From: Diadema antillarum
Lineage: Eukaryota
Direction: 5' to 3'
Assembly: GCF_040938485.1 (NCBI RefSeq)
Contig: NW_027271445.1
Location: forward strand, 1,302,001 to 1,366,000
Length of the DNA stretch: 64,000 nucleotides
Shown piece by piece: positions 60,803 through 64,000 of the stretch. The position numbers and the translations under genes were made by a program. Below the pieces are notes generated by a model. It saw only the letters and a program-made list of their open reading frames with translations. It was not told where the DNA came from and made no database searches. Each line of letters opens with the position of its first letter. Position 1 is the stretch's first letter.

Positions 60803-61502
60803 CATTTGTGACCGTGCATCACAAAACCGACAAAAATACGTACCCACTGATTTTGTATGAGGACTGAAAATAGGTGAAATGAGTCAACCTAGCCAATCTT
60901 GCGTTTTTCATATTTTCTGAAAGAGCAAGTCTTCTTCTACATTGTACAAAAACTTTTGATCATAAAACAAACAGGAAGGTGTTATCTACCAGTTTTTCCT
61001 GGTAGAATAGTGTGGTTATATGTGTTTTCTGGAGCCCCCTTTTCATTTCTTAAAAACCCTGTCCATACTCTTCACTTTCAACTCCATTAACGTCAGAAAG
61101 GATGATACTACTGCTTTGGAATTTAGCAATAATCATGGACAGAATAGGTTAATAGAGCATGCTTAATTTCAACTTAATCTAATAATCTCTTCATTGTTGT
61201 TGCTCCGGTGGTTTACATCGTGTTTTTTTTTTTTTTTTTGGTTTCATTCACTGCACAGCTAGCACGGCCTGGTAAAGATTAAACACTTGAATCGACCCAT
61301 AGTACTTCAGAGTCTCTTTGCTTAGTTCACACTTTCCAGATTGTGTGCATTCTTTCTGATATCAAGATAGAGTAGGAGAATCCATTTGAGTTGAGTTATA
61401 CATCATTTTAAAGCTAAAAATCTGCACTTTCAGAATCTAGTCTTAACTACAAATCCATGTTCGGCAACTTTTGGTTGATTTTGTGATGCATGGTCACATT
61501 TA
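60803..61502. mobile_element. ~700-bp MITE with 20-bp TIR core
   Basis: TGTGACCGTGCATCACAAAA (60807-60826) and TTTTGTGATGCATGGTCACA (61479-61498) match at 19/20. TA lies near both ends. Confidence 0.65.
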
Positions 61503-63196
61503 TTCTAGTCGGATTATGCTTTCTGATTTACTTTCTTTTCGCTGTAATCGATCTCTGATTCAAATGAGCTTTGAAATATTATACGTCATCAAAGTAGACT
61601 TATTATGTCTTATTACGTGTTCTTCGCTGTGAAATATCATTGACTGACTTCCCCAGGTGAGCAAGACAGCACTTATTGGTCCTTTATCTAAAAGAGGTCA
61701 AAATCAATATCACACAATTTTCATTCCCCCACGCCTGTTCATATCAATTATTTGTATTTCATGATGTTTTACACTTGCAACATTACTGATGATAAGAAAT
61801 TTGAATTTCCCTAAAAAATAATATATCACAATAATGATCACTTCTTGAGCGTTCAAATACTCTTGTTTGATTTTCTTTTGTTTTGAATCACCAAAATAGT
61901 TTACACAATTTATCGTGTATATTTACAAATAAACTCCTTGAAATATGATCTAATTCCATGATATACAGCAAAGTTGCTTTGTGTGCTATGAAACAGATTT
62001 GGTCAATTCGTCGCAGTTCATATTCCCGAATATCTGAACAATGCTAAAAGCATAGTATAAGGGTATATGAAGTTATCAATCCGTTGCATAACACTGTCCA
62101 TAGTGTTTAACACATACAAGCTCTGAGTGTATCTGTCTATTCCAGGAAAGGTATTGTTCCTCTTGTTACTATCCGCTCCAAGTCATTGTTACTATAACAT
62201 AAAAAGAGTAATCCTTGAACGCGATACCCTCACAGTGACCATTTTTTTTGAAGATGTCACAATGCATTTGGCAAGAGACTCTCAGTAAAAGGTATTAGCG
62301 GTAGTGCAATAATGGAACCGAGAATAGAGAACAGTACTCTATCAAAGTGCGCAACACGCCATTCAGTGAAAAGACGTCATTAGGAAATGGTAATGGTAAT
62401 GGATCTTTTCTCCTAGCCCCGAGGAACAAAGCGAAGATCGTGTCGTTTGTATCAAAGGCATAGTGATACGTGTCATAGAAAAAAAACCAAATCATTAGAA
62501 AAGCAACAAAAATGATAATCTACATTGTACCTGTGGAGTCTTCGCTTCGCCACACGTTCCCTCAACTCATCTGCTTAGACATGCAAGTGTCACACCACGA
62601 AGGGACGATTGTGACAATGACTTGACGTGTGAACTGGTACTTCTAAAAAACACCTAGTACCAGTCAGCTCGGAGTGGTGACTCCTGAATGGGCTAATATA
62701 ATCTTGGACATTGTTATGTCTTGTGACGAAAATCCCGTGTGCTGATAGATTGATTCCTTGCTAATGTACTTTTCAGCTGATGTCGATTAGTGACGAACAA
62801 ACACGTGTCTTCAGAATTCATTAGGATATCATCAATTCAAGACGGCTATGTGTGCATCTATTGGAAGTCATTCATCATCATTATTTTCTGCAGGTAAGAG
62901 ACAATTGTTGTATAAACGCGCATGGTTTGTGGTTACATATTTTGACTATCAATGTTGAAAATGAAAGTAACGACAGAATGAACTTTTGCCACCTTGAGGA
63001 TATTAAGTGTAACACCTTAAAAGCAACAAAAACAAAAATTCCATACGCTAAGGAAAAAAAAAAAAGATGTGATAAGTTGCATGTACGGTAGCCTTACACG
63101 TAATCCTGTACAAGTATAATAGATCCATACATTTATACAGGTATCCTACGTGACTATGTGTGTGTATGTGTATGTGTGTGTTTATATTCATATATA

Positions 63197-63544
63197 GGGC
63201 GGTGAGTTGGCTCAGTCCGTAGCGCGTCTGCCTCACGATCCTAAGGACCCGTGTTCGAACCCGAGTCTGGACTGACCAATGTTGTGTGTAATCATACCGT
63301 CCCCTCTAGCAAAAGGCAAAACACTCTGTCCCTCGGATAGGACATAAAATGGAGGTCCCGTGTATGAGAGAGTCACAACTCATGCACGTAAAAGATCCCG
63401 CTTCATTCATTCATCGCAAAGAGTAGGGTGTTTAACCCGGTGAAGTGGTCCCACCTCACATCCAACTGCACCCCATGGAAAAGTGTAGCTAGCTATGGGC
63501 TATCACTATCCAGGCATCTTCTCAGATGGAAATGAACAAACAAA
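63197..63544 (+). mobile_element. tRNA-derived SINE with Deu-domain-like core (DeuSINE type)
   Basis: A-box TGGCTCAGTCCG (63208-63219) and B-box GTTCGAACCC (63253-63262). The core CCCTCGGATAGGACATAAAATGGAGGTCCCGTG...GCACGTAAAAGATCCC...GAGTAGGG..CCCGGTG resembles the Deu/Nin domain as I recall it. The tail is GAAATGAACAAACAAA. Confidence 0.8.
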
Positions 63545-64000
63545 TATAAGCGTATGTGTGTAGCTATGTAGAAGATGTACGCATGACTAAAAGTAAAAAG
63601 TTAAGAGCTGAGTTTTTAAGTTGACTGACATGCGTGTGAATAAAATACAAACAAACAAACAAACACAAAAACACACAGGCGCACAAAGAAAGAAACAAAA
63701 ACAACAACAATAAAAACAAACACATGCTGTGCCTTGTCCTCCCACATGGTACCCTAACCCAAACCTGATCATCATTCGGAGATCCTATTTTAATTTTCTG
63801 GAAACATGTTGCCGATGGGTGGGAGTGAAAGGGTTAAACACAGAAAGGACAATTTTCTTAAACGGAAATTCTGGACCAGTTTCATTTCGGTTTATTAAAA
63901 AAAAGAAGAACATTTCCTGAGAATAAGAGCGAAAACCTAAAAAAACAACAACAGGGAACTTTATGACTGTTTTTTGAACAGTCAATATGAATATGGAAAT

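Noticed and set aside
63197-63275. tRNA gene
   Set aside because: A and B boxes are present, but the sequence continues into a Deu-like core and repeat tail, so it is a SINE head.

Overview
AT-rich, microsatellite-rich eukaryotic DNA with three assembly gaps. It is probably from an echinoderm or similar invertebrate deuterostome, inferred from the Deu-domain SINE, the MITE types and the base composition. The only protein-coding genes I can support are two tandem, minus-strand SLC10 (Na+/bile-acid symporter family) paralogues, each with an uninterrupted ORF: 40345-41781 and 52931-54355. Both encode a signal peptide and a ~110-aa ectodomain (SLC10A3/A5-like architecture), and both keep the Na+-site residues. 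The duplicated unit includes several kb of upstream DNA, so each paralogue is a control for events in the other. These events include a Tc1-like fold-back MITE absent from the paralogous site, a LINE nested in a MITE (both with intact target-site duplications) just upstream of copy 2, and an in-frame TA-CATG-TA transposon-footprint-like insertion that adds His-Val to a membrane helix of copy 2. There is also a possible gene-conversion tract and a GAA microsatellite expanded in one repeat copy. Positions 1-39 kb contain no gene I can recognise. They hold several MITEs, CpG-richer patches with four RFX X-box-like sites, a dense T-box-like motif cluster, a decayed hammerhead-like motif and weak exon or small-ORF candidates. 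I found no CRISPR array, rRNA, true tRNA or prokaryote-type system, and no convincing new multi-gene system. The novelty is at the level of paralogue evolution, transposon footprints and putative cis-regulation. All alignments and counts were done by eye, with no database searches.
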